From positions 1-32,336 of IMG/VR virus record IMGVR_UViG_3300017560_000027: a stretch of DNA of 32,336 nucleotides. One strand, given 5' to 3'. The first letter of the stretch is position 1; every line of letters begins with the position of its first letter. A model generated the notes under the pieces. That model was not told the origin of the DNA, did not search any database, and saw nothing but the letters and a program-made list of their open reading frames with translations. A program made the position numbers and the translations under genes. Origin of the DNA: a virus (lineage: Duplodnaviria; Caudoviricetes). Shown here piece by piece: positions 24,256-32,336 of this stretch.

Positions 24256-25740
24256 TTACGCCGGGTATTGCAGGCGGAACTGGTACTGCAGGGCGAACAC
24301 CCGCAGCTGGTTCACCAGGTCCGGTGGGTACAGCACGTTGAGGCGGTTGGGGTTGCTGCTCGAGCGCTCCACCACCAGGTACTGGGTGAAGGCGTCGGCG
24401 TTCTCGACGATGCCCTCGCGCTCCAACGCGTGATAGCCGGCGATCAGCTCGGCGCGAATCACCGCCGGGGTGACAATGGCCTGACCGGCGCCGAAGCGCG
24501 TGCCGTCATTGGCCAGCTTGTGCCGGCCGTACTTGCTGGTGATCCGCGTTTTCAGGTTGCGGATGACATACGCCGACTGGTGCAGCGTCTCGCTGTCCAG
24601 GTAGGAATCATCCGGCTGACCGAAAGCGTTTTCCCGGTACGTGGTAATTGCCCGCTCGATGCGCTGCGCGCTGCCGCTGCTGTAGCCAGTGGCGATGCCG
24701 TGACCCAGCAGCGACTGACGTTCGGTCAGGGTGAAGCCCTCACCGGACGGTGCCGGCATGATCCCGACCAGCTCACCGGTTTGCGTCGGCCGCGCCGGAT
24801 CAGCCGAGATGTACACCGCCTGGCGGGCCGCATAGGCGGCGGCCTGACGCCAAACCGGGTCCGGGCACGCCTTCTCGAAGCCGTACACGGTCATGTGCGG
24901 ATCGTTGCGCGAATCACCCAGGGTCACCAGCTCACCCAGCGTGCCGCGCTTGGCCGAATAGACGTGACCGTACAGCTGCCGCGCCCAGCTCCAGCGGCCG
25001 CTGCTCTCATCCATGAACGCTTGCCAGGCATCCAGCGACGGGCCATCCGCCCAGGGCGCACAAATGAACTCGAACGGCTCATCGCCCAGCGCGGCCAGCG
25101 CCTCGGCCACGTCCGGCGTACCGACCCCGCCGGCCATCGGCGTGACAGTCACGGTCAGCCCGGCCGGGGTGAATTCGCTGCCGTTACGGCCCAGGCGATT
25201 CAGCTCCAGCTGAATGTCGTTACCGCTCAGACCGGACCAGCGGCAGGTCAGGGTCACCACGCCGGCGGCCGCCGCGGCGGACACCGCCAGGCCCGCGCTG
25301 TTGACCGCGGCGGCCAGCGCGGTGGCAGCCTCGGCGGCGGTCGCACCACTGGCCACCGTGGCGCGCACGCGCACACCCGCGATGTACAGATTGACCTGGC
25401 CGCCGGCCGTGGCGGCGTTGGTGATGGTCACCTTGCCGCTGGCCGCGGTGCCGGTGGCCTTGAGCGGCAGGCACCACACTTCGCCCATCGGGTCACTGCG
25501 GCGCCAGGCCTCGTACATGTCGGCCAACATCGAACCAACGCCGCCGATGCTCTTGGCCAGGCTCAGGCCCGACACCAGCGTCAGCTTGCCGATTTCATCG
25601 GCGGTGGCGTCGTCGTTGACCTGGCCGACAATCAGCCGCACCAGACTGCCGGCGGCGCCGTTGGCCTGGCTGTTGTCGACTTCGGCATAGAACAGCGGCA
25701 CGCGAATGTCGCTGGGAATGCTGTTGAAACTGACGGTCAT
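24256..25740 (-). CDS. tail sheath protein (Mu L-like)
   Basis: IRVPLFYAEVDNS, DPARPTQT, PPDLVNQLRVFA. Confidence 0.93.
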   Translation of the reverse strand: MTVSFNSIPSDIRVPLFYAEVDNSQANGAAGSLVRLIVGQVNDDATADEIGKLTLVSGLSLAKSIGGVGSMLADMYEAWRRSDPMGEVWCLPLKATGTAASGKVTITNAATAGGQVNLYIAGVRVRATVASGATAAEAATALAAAVNSAGLAVSAAAAAGVVTLTCRWSGLSGNDIQLELNRLGRNGSEFTPAGLTVTVTPMAGGVGTPDVAEALAALGDEPFEFICAPWADGPSLDAWQAFMDESSGRWSWARQLYGHVYSAKRGTLGELVTLGDSRNDPHMTVYGFEKACPDPVWRQAAAYAARQAVYISADPARPTQTGELVGIMPAPSGEGFTLTERQSLLGHGIATGYSSGSAQRIERAITTYRENAFGQPDDSYLDSETLHQSAYVIRNLKTRITSKYGRHKLANDGTRFGAGQAIVTPAVIRAELIAGYHALEREGIVENADAFTQYLVVERSSSNPNRLNVLYPPDLVNQLRVFALQYQFRLQYPA

Positions 25741-25949
25741 TGCTCGGCGCTCCCGCGGTCAGTGGCTTGAGTTTCCGCCACGGCCTTCTTGCCCTTGGCG
25801 GGTTTCTGTTCGGTCACGTCGCCATCGCGCAGGCGGCGCAGCCAGTACGCATCGCGCGGCACGGCCCGGCCCTCGGGGCGCAGCGTGCCGCCCAACTCCG
25901 GATCGGGCACGGTACGGCCCTCGACCGGGTACACAGTGAATCGCTCCAT
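25737..25949 (-). CDS. DUF2635 / Mu gp38-like protein
   Basis: GRTVPDP...YWLRRLRDGDV. Confidence 0.85.
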   Translation of the reverse strand: MERFTVYPVEGRTVPDPELGGTLRPEGRAVPRDAYWLRRLRDGDVTEQKPAKGKKAVAETQATDRGSAEQ

Positions 25950-25954
25950 GGGGT

Positions 25955-26545
25955 TTACCCTTGTGGTAGTTCGGTGGAAAAACGCACCTCGACCCGGCCA
26001 TCAGGGCCAGGTGCGGTGTGGTTGGGGTCTTTGGGGTCCAGGCTGTCCCAGGCAACATCGATACCCTGCAGCGCCGGCAAGCCGTCCTGCTGGTATTCCT
26101 GCCACGTCTCGGGCGGGTGCGAAGTCTCGCTGCGGCCGATCTGCAACGGCGCCTCGAAGGCGAAGCGGTACACCACCCGCGCCCGGTCAATCGCCATCAG
26201 GCTGCCGCCGGCGTAGGTGATCGGGTCATGCTCGGCCGACTCCAGGCCGACCAGCGCGCGGAACAGCTCGGCGCGCAGCCCATGCACCAGGTCAACGGCC
26301 TGCTGGCCACGCTCGTCGAGCGTCTGCAGGGCCACCACCACATCGAAGCCATCGGCCAGGCTCTGCACCACCTTGTTCTGACCAATGTTTTCGCCGGGGT
26401 CGTCGCCGGTGTAGATGACATACGCGGCCGGGGTCGCCAGCTTGGCCGTGGTCATCACCGCTTCCATATCGATGCCACCCGCGACCCGCCCGGCAAAGCC
26501 CGGGCAGTAGCGCTTGAGGTGTTCAATCAAGGGGGTTAAGCGCAT
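25955..26545 (-). CDS. tail terminator (Mu gp37-like)
   Basis: FAGRVAGG, TPAAYV; position before sheath. Confidence 0.7.
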   Translation of the reverse strand: MRLTPLIEHLKRYCPGFAGRVAGGIDMEAVMTTAKLATPAAYVIYTGDDPGENIGQNKVVQSLADGFDVVVALQTLDERGQQAVDLVHGLRAELFRALVGLESAEHDPITYAGGSLMAIDRARVVYRFAFEAPLQIGRSETSHPPETWQEYQQDGLPALQGIDVAWDSLDPKDPNHTAPGPDGRVEVRFSTELPQG

Positions 26546-26548
26546 GCG

Positions 26549-27055
26549 TCAGCCTCCCAAGGCACGGGCGAAAGCCGCCGACAGGATGCGTTTCACCTCA
26601 TCGCTGCTGTCCTCCAGCGCATCGGCCATGTAGTTGGCCCGCGGCGCGATACGCCATTCCCCGGCCGCCCGCGCCGCAACCAGCTGGGCACGCTCGCCGC
26701 GCCGGCGGCGCTTGCCCGCTCCCTGGCCGCGGACCCGGGCACCCCGCTTGACCCCGTAGTGCAGATACGCCGGGTAATACTCCGGCATGCCGCTGGTCTT
26801 CTGCGGGGCCACGCGCACCAGGAATCCGGACCGGGACAGCTTGACCTGGATGGAATCCACGGTGGTGCCGGTGCGGCTGACCGGGTAGTTGTTGCGCCCC
26901 TTGGCCAGGGCCAAAGCCAGTTGCGCCCGTTGGGCCACCAGCCGCCCGGCCTTGCGCATGCCGGCACGAATGCGCCGGCGGTTGAAGAAGTCCTTGGGCA
27001 GGTCGTCAAAGCCGTCAATGTGCAGGTACGGCTGCACGCTCAAGCTAGTAGCCAT
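26549..27055 (-). CDS. neck/tail completion protein (HK97 gp10-like)
   Basis: Arg-rich, YPAYLHYG, APRANYM; synteny. Confidence 0.7.
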   Translation of the reverse strand: MATSLSVQPYLHIDGFDDLPKDFFNRRRIRAGMRKAGRLVAQRAQLALALAKGRNNYPVSRTGTTVDSIQVKLSRSGFLVRVAPQKTSGMPEYYPAYLHYGVKRGARVRGQGAGKRRRRGERAQLVAARAAGEWRIAPRANYMADALEDSSDEVKRILSAAFARALGG

Positions 27056-27446
27056 AGCCACCCCCTGTCGGCTCCGGTGGGAAAATCCCGCCGCCCGGTG
27101 CCGACGCTTGGCCCAGCTCTTCGACCTCCAGCACGGAAAAGCGCCGGTTGCCCAGGTCGCTCACCCGGCGCACGCGGTAGATGGTTTCGGCGTCCTCGAA
27201 CGTCTCCACCACTTCGTGCGCGTCGGTGATGCCCTTGCGAAAGCGCATCGTCACCCGGTGCGTGACAGTCACGCCGGACTGCACCGAGCCGCTGTAAACG
27301 GCACTGCCAACGGCCTGAATCTTGGCCCAGCTTTCCGACGTGTAGTCATACTGGGATTCGATACCCGGGCCATCGGCCTTGGCGTTGTCCGCACGCACGC
27401 GCAGGCGCACACGGCGGTTCAGCTCGCCAATGCTGGGTAGATTCAT
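27045..27446 (-). CDS. head closure protein (SPP1 gp16-like)
   Basis: IGELNRRV, WAKI, THRVTMRFR. Confidence 0.8.
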   Translation of the reverse strand: MNLPSIGELNRRVRLRVRADNAKADGPGIESQYDYTSESWAKIQAVGSAVYSGSVQSGVTVTHRVTMRFRKGITDAHEVVETFEDAETIYRVRRVSDLGNRRFSVLEVEELGQASAPGGGIFPPEPTGGGYGY

Positions 27447-27802
27447 AGGGTGTACCAGCGATAAGGGCCGATCAGCGCATCTACCGCCAACGGCCGCTTG
27501 GATTGAGGGACATCGCTCGCTGCTTCGCGGGACTGGTACCAGTGGCCAATCAGCAGCAACTGGGCCAGCACCAGGTCAGCGTCAAGCGCTGCAGCATTCT
27601 CGGGCGAGCCTTCCGGCAGCAGCGCTTTCAGTTCTGCCGCCGTCTTGCCTTCCCAGTCGCCCACGTTCACCAGCTCGCGGCCAGTGTGGGTTTCGACCAG
27701 ACGCCACGCGGCGCGGCTGTAGGCCTTGAGCAAGGCCGACTGCGCCGCGTGCTCGTCGTCGTCCAGGCGCAGATGCTCCTGGATCAATTGTGCATCGAGC
27801 AT
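27443..27802 (-). CDS. head-tail connector (HK97 gp6-like)
   Basis: HLRLD, LLLIGHWYQSRE, ALIGPYR. Confidence 0.85.
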   Translation of the reverse strand: MLDAQLIQEHLRLDDDEHAAQSALLKAYSRAAWRLVETHTGRELVNVGDWEGKTAAELKALLPEGSPENAAALDADLVLAQLLLIGHWYQSREAASDVPQSKRPLAVDALIGPYRWYTL

Positions 27803-27820
27803 GCGGCCCGCCCCCTGTGG

Positions 27821-29047
27821 TTAGGCCGGTTTGCCCTGCAGCGCCTTGATGGCCGCCAGGTCCTGCAGCACGCAACCGAAGCGGGTAAAGGCGAGGAAAC
27901 CGGTCTGGTCGAACTCGGCGTATTTCTCTACCAGTCGCTTGATTGCCATGTAACGCACCTGGCGCACGATGAACTGGGCGAAGTCACCGGCATACATGAA
28001 TTTCTTGCCGGCGCCGATGCTGTCAATCGCCTGATCGATCACATAGCGCTGTTTCAGGATGGTGGCCGGGCGCTCGGCGTCGATACCCGGCAGCCACAGT
28101 GGTCGGTTCTGCGCGTCCACCATTTCCTCGAAACGCTGCAGGGTGTTGTCATTGAAGGCCAGACGGAACTGCGGCGCAGCGCGGTAGGCCGGGTCGATGC
28201 TGTGGATCAGGCCATTGACTTCCTGCCAGGTGAACTCCGCCGCGGTGGTGGTCACTTTGCCCACACTGGTCGACACTTCCAGGCCGGCCGGCTGCGCAGG
28301 AGTACCGGCACCAGTGCCCTTGACCAGGTAGAACGCTTTGCCGCGCTCCAGGCGCGAGGCGATACGACGCGCCAGGAACGCTTCGATATCCACGCCCGAG
28401 TCCTGCAGCAGCTCGTTGGAAATTCGGATGATCTTCGACGACAGCTTGTGCGCGCCGAGGGTGCCGGTACCGAACTCGACGTCGCCTTCGCCGGTTTCCT
28501 GGTTCTCACCCAGCAGCTCGCCGATTTCCTCGGTGCCGTCACTGGTCGCCCAGTCAATCGCCTGGCCGTTGTCGGTGGTCAGCAGGTGCGCCACCGAAGC
28601 AATACCGCCGAAGTCTTTCTGCGCTTCGATGATGGTGGTCATGAAGCTGGTCGGCACGGTGAAGCCGCCCTTGTCGCCTTGGGCGGCGCCATTGGCGCGC
28701 GCCTCTTCGTTCATCGCCTTGAGGATCTGACGCTCTTCTGCGCTCAGCTCACCCAGGCCATGACGAATGTAGTTATCGTAGGCCGCCGAACGCTGCTCAT
28801 CCTGCGAGCGCTGCTCGGGATTGTCCTGGCGGATGCGGGTCTGGTTGTTTTCCACGAAGGACTGGTCATTGGCGCGCAGCTCTTCTTCGCGGGCGATCTG
28901 CTCTTTCAGCAGGTTGTGTGCGCTGCGCAGCTCTTCCCACTTGCTACGCTGCTCACCGCTCATGGCGCCTTCGCCAACACTGTCGTGCAGGCTGCGCATC
29001 TCGCTGGCCAGGGTGGCCACCTTCTGTTGCATTTCTTTCAAGGTCAT
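27821..29047 (-). CDS. major capsid protein, HK97 family
   Basis: N-terminal coiled-coil delta domain, GGFTVP, ISNELLQDS, GDF. Confidence 0.95.
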   Translation of the reverse strand: MTLKEMQQKVATLASEMRSLHDSVGEGAMSGEQRSKWEELRSAHNLLKEQIAREEELRANDQSFVENNQTRIRQDNPEQRSQDEQRSAAYDNYIRHGLGELSAEERQILKAMNEEARANGAAQGDKGGFTVPTSFMTTIIEAQKDFGGIASVAHLLTTDNGQAIDWATSDGTEEIGELLGENQETGEGDVEFGTGTLGAHKLSSKIIRISNELLQDSGVDIEAFLARRIASRLERGKAFYLVKGTGAGTPAQPAGLEVSTSVGKVTTTAAEFTWQEVNGLIHSIDPAYRAAPQFRLAFNDNTLQRFEEMVDAQNRPLWLPGIDAERPATILKQRYVIDQAIDSIGAGKKFMYAGDFAQFIVRQVRYMAIKRLVEKYAEFDQTGFLAFTRFGCVLQDLAAIKALQGKPA

Positions 29048-29061
29048 ACAGGTCTCCGCAC

Positions 29062-29673
29062 TCAGGCGTTCATATCGAGATAGCGTTGCCGGGCGGCACG
29101 CTCGTTAACGTGCCGCACCGCGTCTTGGTCGGCTTGGCCTTGCTTCCAGCCGTCCAGCGAGCGCTGTGCGGCACTGGAATCGGGATAGGCGGGGAACGAC
29201 ACCGGTCCCACGTCCAGCAACTTGTCCACCCGCAGGATGGTGCGCACCACGTCACCGTTGGCGTCTTCGCGCCAGGTGTCCTTGCCCACCACCATCTTCA
29301 AGCTGCTGCCGCTGAGGTCGCCGCGTTCCAGCGGGGTCAACACCAGGTCGCGCACCGTCTGGGTATTGGGCGGGTCGATTTCATAGGCCAGCCCGCGTTG
29401 GTCCACGCGCAAGCGCAGGGTCTTGCTACCGACCCGGCCCAATAGGTAGTTCGGGTCATGGTTGAACAGCCCGCGCGCATCGTGAGTCAGCACGCCATCG
29501 AAGGCGCCTTGGGCAAACTCTTCGTAGAACAGGCCGGCGATCAGCTCGCTACGGGTGTCGAACACGGCGGCATAGCCGACGATCTGGGGCGGGCCACTGG
29601 TGCCATCGGCCAGCGGCAGGGCGCGCAGCTCGCAGTGCTGCGCCGCGAGCATTCGCAGCTCTACGTCACTCAT
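29062..29673 (-). CDS. prohead protease, HK97 family
   Basis: GYAAVFD, LFNHD, FPAYPDS. Confidence 0.93.
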   Translation of the reverse strand: MSDVELRMLAAQHCELRALPLADGTSGPPQIVGYAAVFDTRSELIAGLFYEEFAQGAFDGVLTHDARGLFNHDPNYLLGRVGSKTLRLRVDQRGLAYEIDPPNTQTVRDLVLTPLERGDLSGSSLKMVVGKDTWREDANGDVVRTILRVDKLLDVGPVSFPAYPDSSAAQRSLDGWKQGQADQDAVRHVNERAARQRYLDMNA

Positions 29674-30886
29674 TAGTAGGGTCCTTGGGTTGCGGAGCGT
29701 TCAGCTCTGAGGGCAGCCGGGCGTTGACGCTGATCAGCATTTCGCTCAGGCCTTCACGCGGGTTGAGGTCTTCCATCACCCGCACTTCGTTGCGGTCCAG
29801 CCAGCCGTCGGTGATGCCGTAGTGGTAGAACTCGCCGCGCTCCTTGGGGGTGCCGCGCAGCAGGCCGGCCAGGTTGAAGCGCACGTAGTAGCCGGCGGCG
29901 CGCTCGGCACGGGTGAAAATCTTGCGGTTCAGTTCCTCTTCCCAGTCGCGAATCACCGGCATCATGGTGTGCCGAACGAACTGAATGGCCTGCTCGCTGA
30001 TGTTGGAAAAGGTGGCCTTTTCCAGGTCGTTGATCATGTGCGCCGGCACGTTGAAGATGCCGGCGATTTCCGAACGGGTCAGCTTGCGGGTGTCGAGGAA
30101 CTGGGCGTCTTCCGGCGCGATGGTCAGCGCCTTGTAGTCCAGCTCGGCCGGCAACAGCAGGGTCTTGTTTTCCGACTCGCGCAGGCGGTTAGTGGCCTGT
30201 TTCCAAGCCGCTTTCAGGCGCTCCCAGGTGTCGGCCTGCAACGGCGTGCCCTTGCTGGTGACCAGCCCCGTGGGGCGGCCGCCACCTTCGAAGAACTCGC
30301 GGCCATAGTTCACGGCCGCCATGCCCAAGCCGATGGTGTCCGCGTGCTGCCGAATCGGACTAGTACCGACCCGACGTTTCGAGCCGAAGGCGCGGATATG
30401 CACCATGTCCTCGGGCGCCACGGCCAGCGGCCGGTCATCGGCATCCAAGGTGGCGTAGACCCAGCGGGTGCCGTTCTGCAACAGGCTGGTTTCCTGCGGC
30501 AGGTGCATTTCAATGCGCTGCAGCTCGCCCCGGCGCGAGCGCACCAGACTGCTGTAACCGTTGCCCCAGCCCATGACATGGCCCTGTTTGGTTTCCCGCC
30601 ACTTGTAGGAGGTGTGCCAGGGGTTCGGCTCGACGCTCAACAGGTCATGCGCCGGGTGATCGGTACCCGGCTCGATGCGGTCTTGGGTCTTGCGCAGCAC
30701 CATCAGCGGCAGCTGCGCCACCGAACTGGCGACCACGTAGATACAGGAATACACCGCCGCCAGTTTCAGCGCCGATTCCGGGTTGACCATCACGCCCTGG
30801 CGGGCGCTGATCCACTCGGCAAACTCGGCGCTTGAACGCTGAACAATGGGCGTCGCGCTGCGCGACTCGAAGGCATCGAAGATCAT
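29666..30886 (-). CDS. portal protein, HK97 family
   Basis: AVYSCI, DAQFLDTRK, IAGIFNVP, FSNISEQ, NEVR; GGAGG RBS before ATG 30886. Confidence 0.95.
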   Translation of the reverse strand: MIFDAFESRSATPIVQRSSAEFAEWISARQGVMVNPESALKLAAVYSCIYVVASSVAQLPLMVLRKTQDRIEPGTDHPAHDLLSVEPNPWHTSYKWRETKQGHVMGWGNGYSSLVRSRRGELQRIEMHLPQETSLLQNGTRWVYATLDADDRPLAVAPEDMVHIRAFGSKRRVGTSPIRQHADTIGLGMAAVNYGREFFEGGGRPTGLVTSKGTPLQADTWERLKAAWKQATNRLRESENKTLLLPAELDYKALTIAPEDAQFLDTRKLTRSEIAGIFNVPAHMINDLEKATFSNISEQAIQFVRHTMMPVIRDWEEELNRKIFTRAERAAGYYVRFNLAGLLRGTPKERGEFYHYGITDGWLDRNEVRVMEDLNPREGLSEMLISVNARLPSELNAPQPKDPTNE

Positions 30887-31080
30887 CCGCCACCTCCACG
30901 GCGCGCGAGAAACTCGGCAACCGCCAAGCGGCGCGCCGCCAGGAACGCGCCGACCATCAGCAGCGGGCCGCCGACCATCAGGGCCGCGGCCACGCCGAAG
31001 CGCAGGTGCAGGCCGATCAGCAGCAGGCAAAAGCCGGCCACCCCCAGCGCATCAGGGATATGTCTTTTCATGGGGCTCAC
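30883..31080 (-). CDS. small two-TM membrane protein between terminase and portal
   Basis: hydrophobic 65 aa, ATGA overlaps on both sides. Confidence 0.7.
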   Translation of the reverse strand: MSPMKRHIPDALGVAGFCLLLIGLHLRFGVAAALMVGGPLLMVGAFLAARRLAVAEFLARRGGGG

Positions 31081-32336
31081 ATGACCAGTAGGTCGTCAGG
31101 TTCTAGGGTGTCGAGCACCGAGGTCGGCAGGCCGTCGGCCAGAATGGAGCGGTTCATGGCCATCAGAATGGCCACCATGCCGTCGATCTTGTTGGCCTTG
31201 GATTCCTTGGTCGGCATCAGGCAGCCTTTGAATTCATGGGCCACCACGTTGCCAGCCATCCAGCCCAGCACCGGGTCACCGTCATGGCGAACCCGGCCGG
31301 ACAGCAGCGCCGCTTCAAACTCGCGCATGGCGATGTTCATGGTCTGGATACCGCCGCCGACCTCGACCACCTGCGCGCCATCCTTCTGCAGCTGGTGCGA
31401 CAGCTGGGTGGCACGCCACTTGTCGTAGGCGATTTCCACCACCTGGTGCTGGGTGCCGATTTCCCGTATGTCCTCACGGAGCACGTCAAAATCCAGCTCT
31501 TCGCCGTCGGTGGTCAGCAGCCGGCCTTCGTTGACCCAGCGTTCATAGGCGTCCTGGTTGACGCCTTCGTCGCTCTGCACCGCCCCTTCGGGCAGGTAGT
31601 GGCGGACAAAGAACGTCCACAGGTCGCGGCCCTGCGCGTCCTTCTCACGGAACACCAGGGCCACACAGGCAATGTCGCACTTGCTGGCCAAGTCCACGCC
31701 CAAGTAACAGCGGCGGCCGAAGTAGTCTTCCACCACCAGGCCTTCGACCAGGGCACGGTCCCAGTGCAGCAGGTTGAGCCAAGCGTTTTTCGCATGCACC
31801 CACAGGTTGCAATGCTTGGTCTTGAACGCGTTCTGCCGTGACGGGTAACGCGTGGCGTTGGCCAGCTGTCGCTCCAGGTAATCCGCGTTCACGGAAATGC
31901 CGAAGTTCGGGTTGGCCTTTTTCAAGGCTGCCAGGTCGCGCCAGTCGTCCTTCTCATCCAGCGTGTAGATGATGCCGAACAACTCGTCGTTGGCCGGGCG
32001 CTGGTCGAGCATGGCGATGACCTGGCGGCGCTTCTCGTAGCACGGCCCGGCGATGTTGTTGCCCGAAGTGGTGATGGTGAACATCAGCGGCTGCTCACGG
32101 GCGCCCATGCCGGTCAGCATGGTTTCGTACAACGCATCGCTGTCGTGCTCGTGGTACTCATCCACCAGTGCGCAGTTGGGCGACGATCCGTCGCCGGGGT
32201 CGCCGATGACCGGTTCCAGGCGGCTGCCATCGTCCGGGCAGTACAGGCTGCGCGCGCGCACCTCGATGCCGGCGTCTTCGGCCAGTTCCTCGGTGCGCTG
32301 CACCATCAGCTGGGCCGGGCGAAACACCTCCCACGC
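31077..32336 (-). CDS. terL: terminase large subunit (partial, 5' end outside window)
   Basis: Walker B ALVDEYHEH, ITTSG, KANPNFG, LGVDLA, KIDG. Confidence 0.95.
   Translation of the reverse strand, partial: AWEVFRPAQLMVQRTEELAEDAGIEVRARSLYCPDDGSRLEPVIGDPGDGSSPNCALVDEYHEHDSDALYETMLTGMGAREQPLMFTITTSGNNIAGPCYEKRRQVIAMLDQRPANDELFGIIYTLDEKDDWRDLAALKKANPNFGISVNADYLERQLANATRYPSRQNAFKTKHCNLWVHAKNAWLNLLHWDRALVEGLVVEDYFGRRCYLGVDLASKCDIACVALVFREKDAQGRDLWTFFVRHYLPEGAVQSDEGVNQDAYERWVNEGRLLTTDGEELDFDVLREDIREIGTQHQVVEIAYDKWRATQLSHQLQKDGAQVVEVGGGIQTMNIAMREFEAALLSGRVRHDGDPVLGWMAGNVVAHEFKGCLMPTKESKANKIDGMVAILMAMNRSILADGLPTSVLDTLEPDDLLVM

Noticed and set aside
14296-27273. CGTGAC-N-GTCACG copies inside structural genes (e.g. 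25141, 27261)
   Set aside because: Explained by Val-Thr-Val-Thr codons, so not counted as sites, though they could be functional.
16456-31841. Many long plus-strand ORFs (e.g. 24178-25770, 27503-29083, 22471-23568)
   Set aside because: Antisense shadows of high-GC structural genes, with no motifs.

Overview
GC-rich, Pseudomonas-like window holding most of a temperate phage that appears to be maintained as a plasmid (phage-plasmid). The right two-thirds (11.8-32.3 kb, minus strand) is a virion operon: partial large terminase, HK97-type portal, protease and capsid, a Mu/SfV-type contractile tail and baseplate, a tail fibre, an SGNH-esterase tail spike, endolysin and spanins. Where an integrase would often sit there is an IncFII-like plasmid replicon: a repA-like gene, a coupled 40-aa leader peptide, an ~80-nt antisense RNA, a C-rich CIS-like spacer and a DnaA box. 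Directly upstream of it is a LexA-box-controlled small ORF. The left third carries a cI/cro/Q immunity switch with TACAC-N5-GTGTA operators and a repressor that appears to lack its autocleavage lysine. It also has a type Ib parA + RHH partition pair with 8-bp-phased repeat arrays at three promoters, a KorC-like regulator and several small accessory genes. No integrase, protelomerase or holin is visible in the window. All assignments are by eye from motifs and synteny; no database searches were run.
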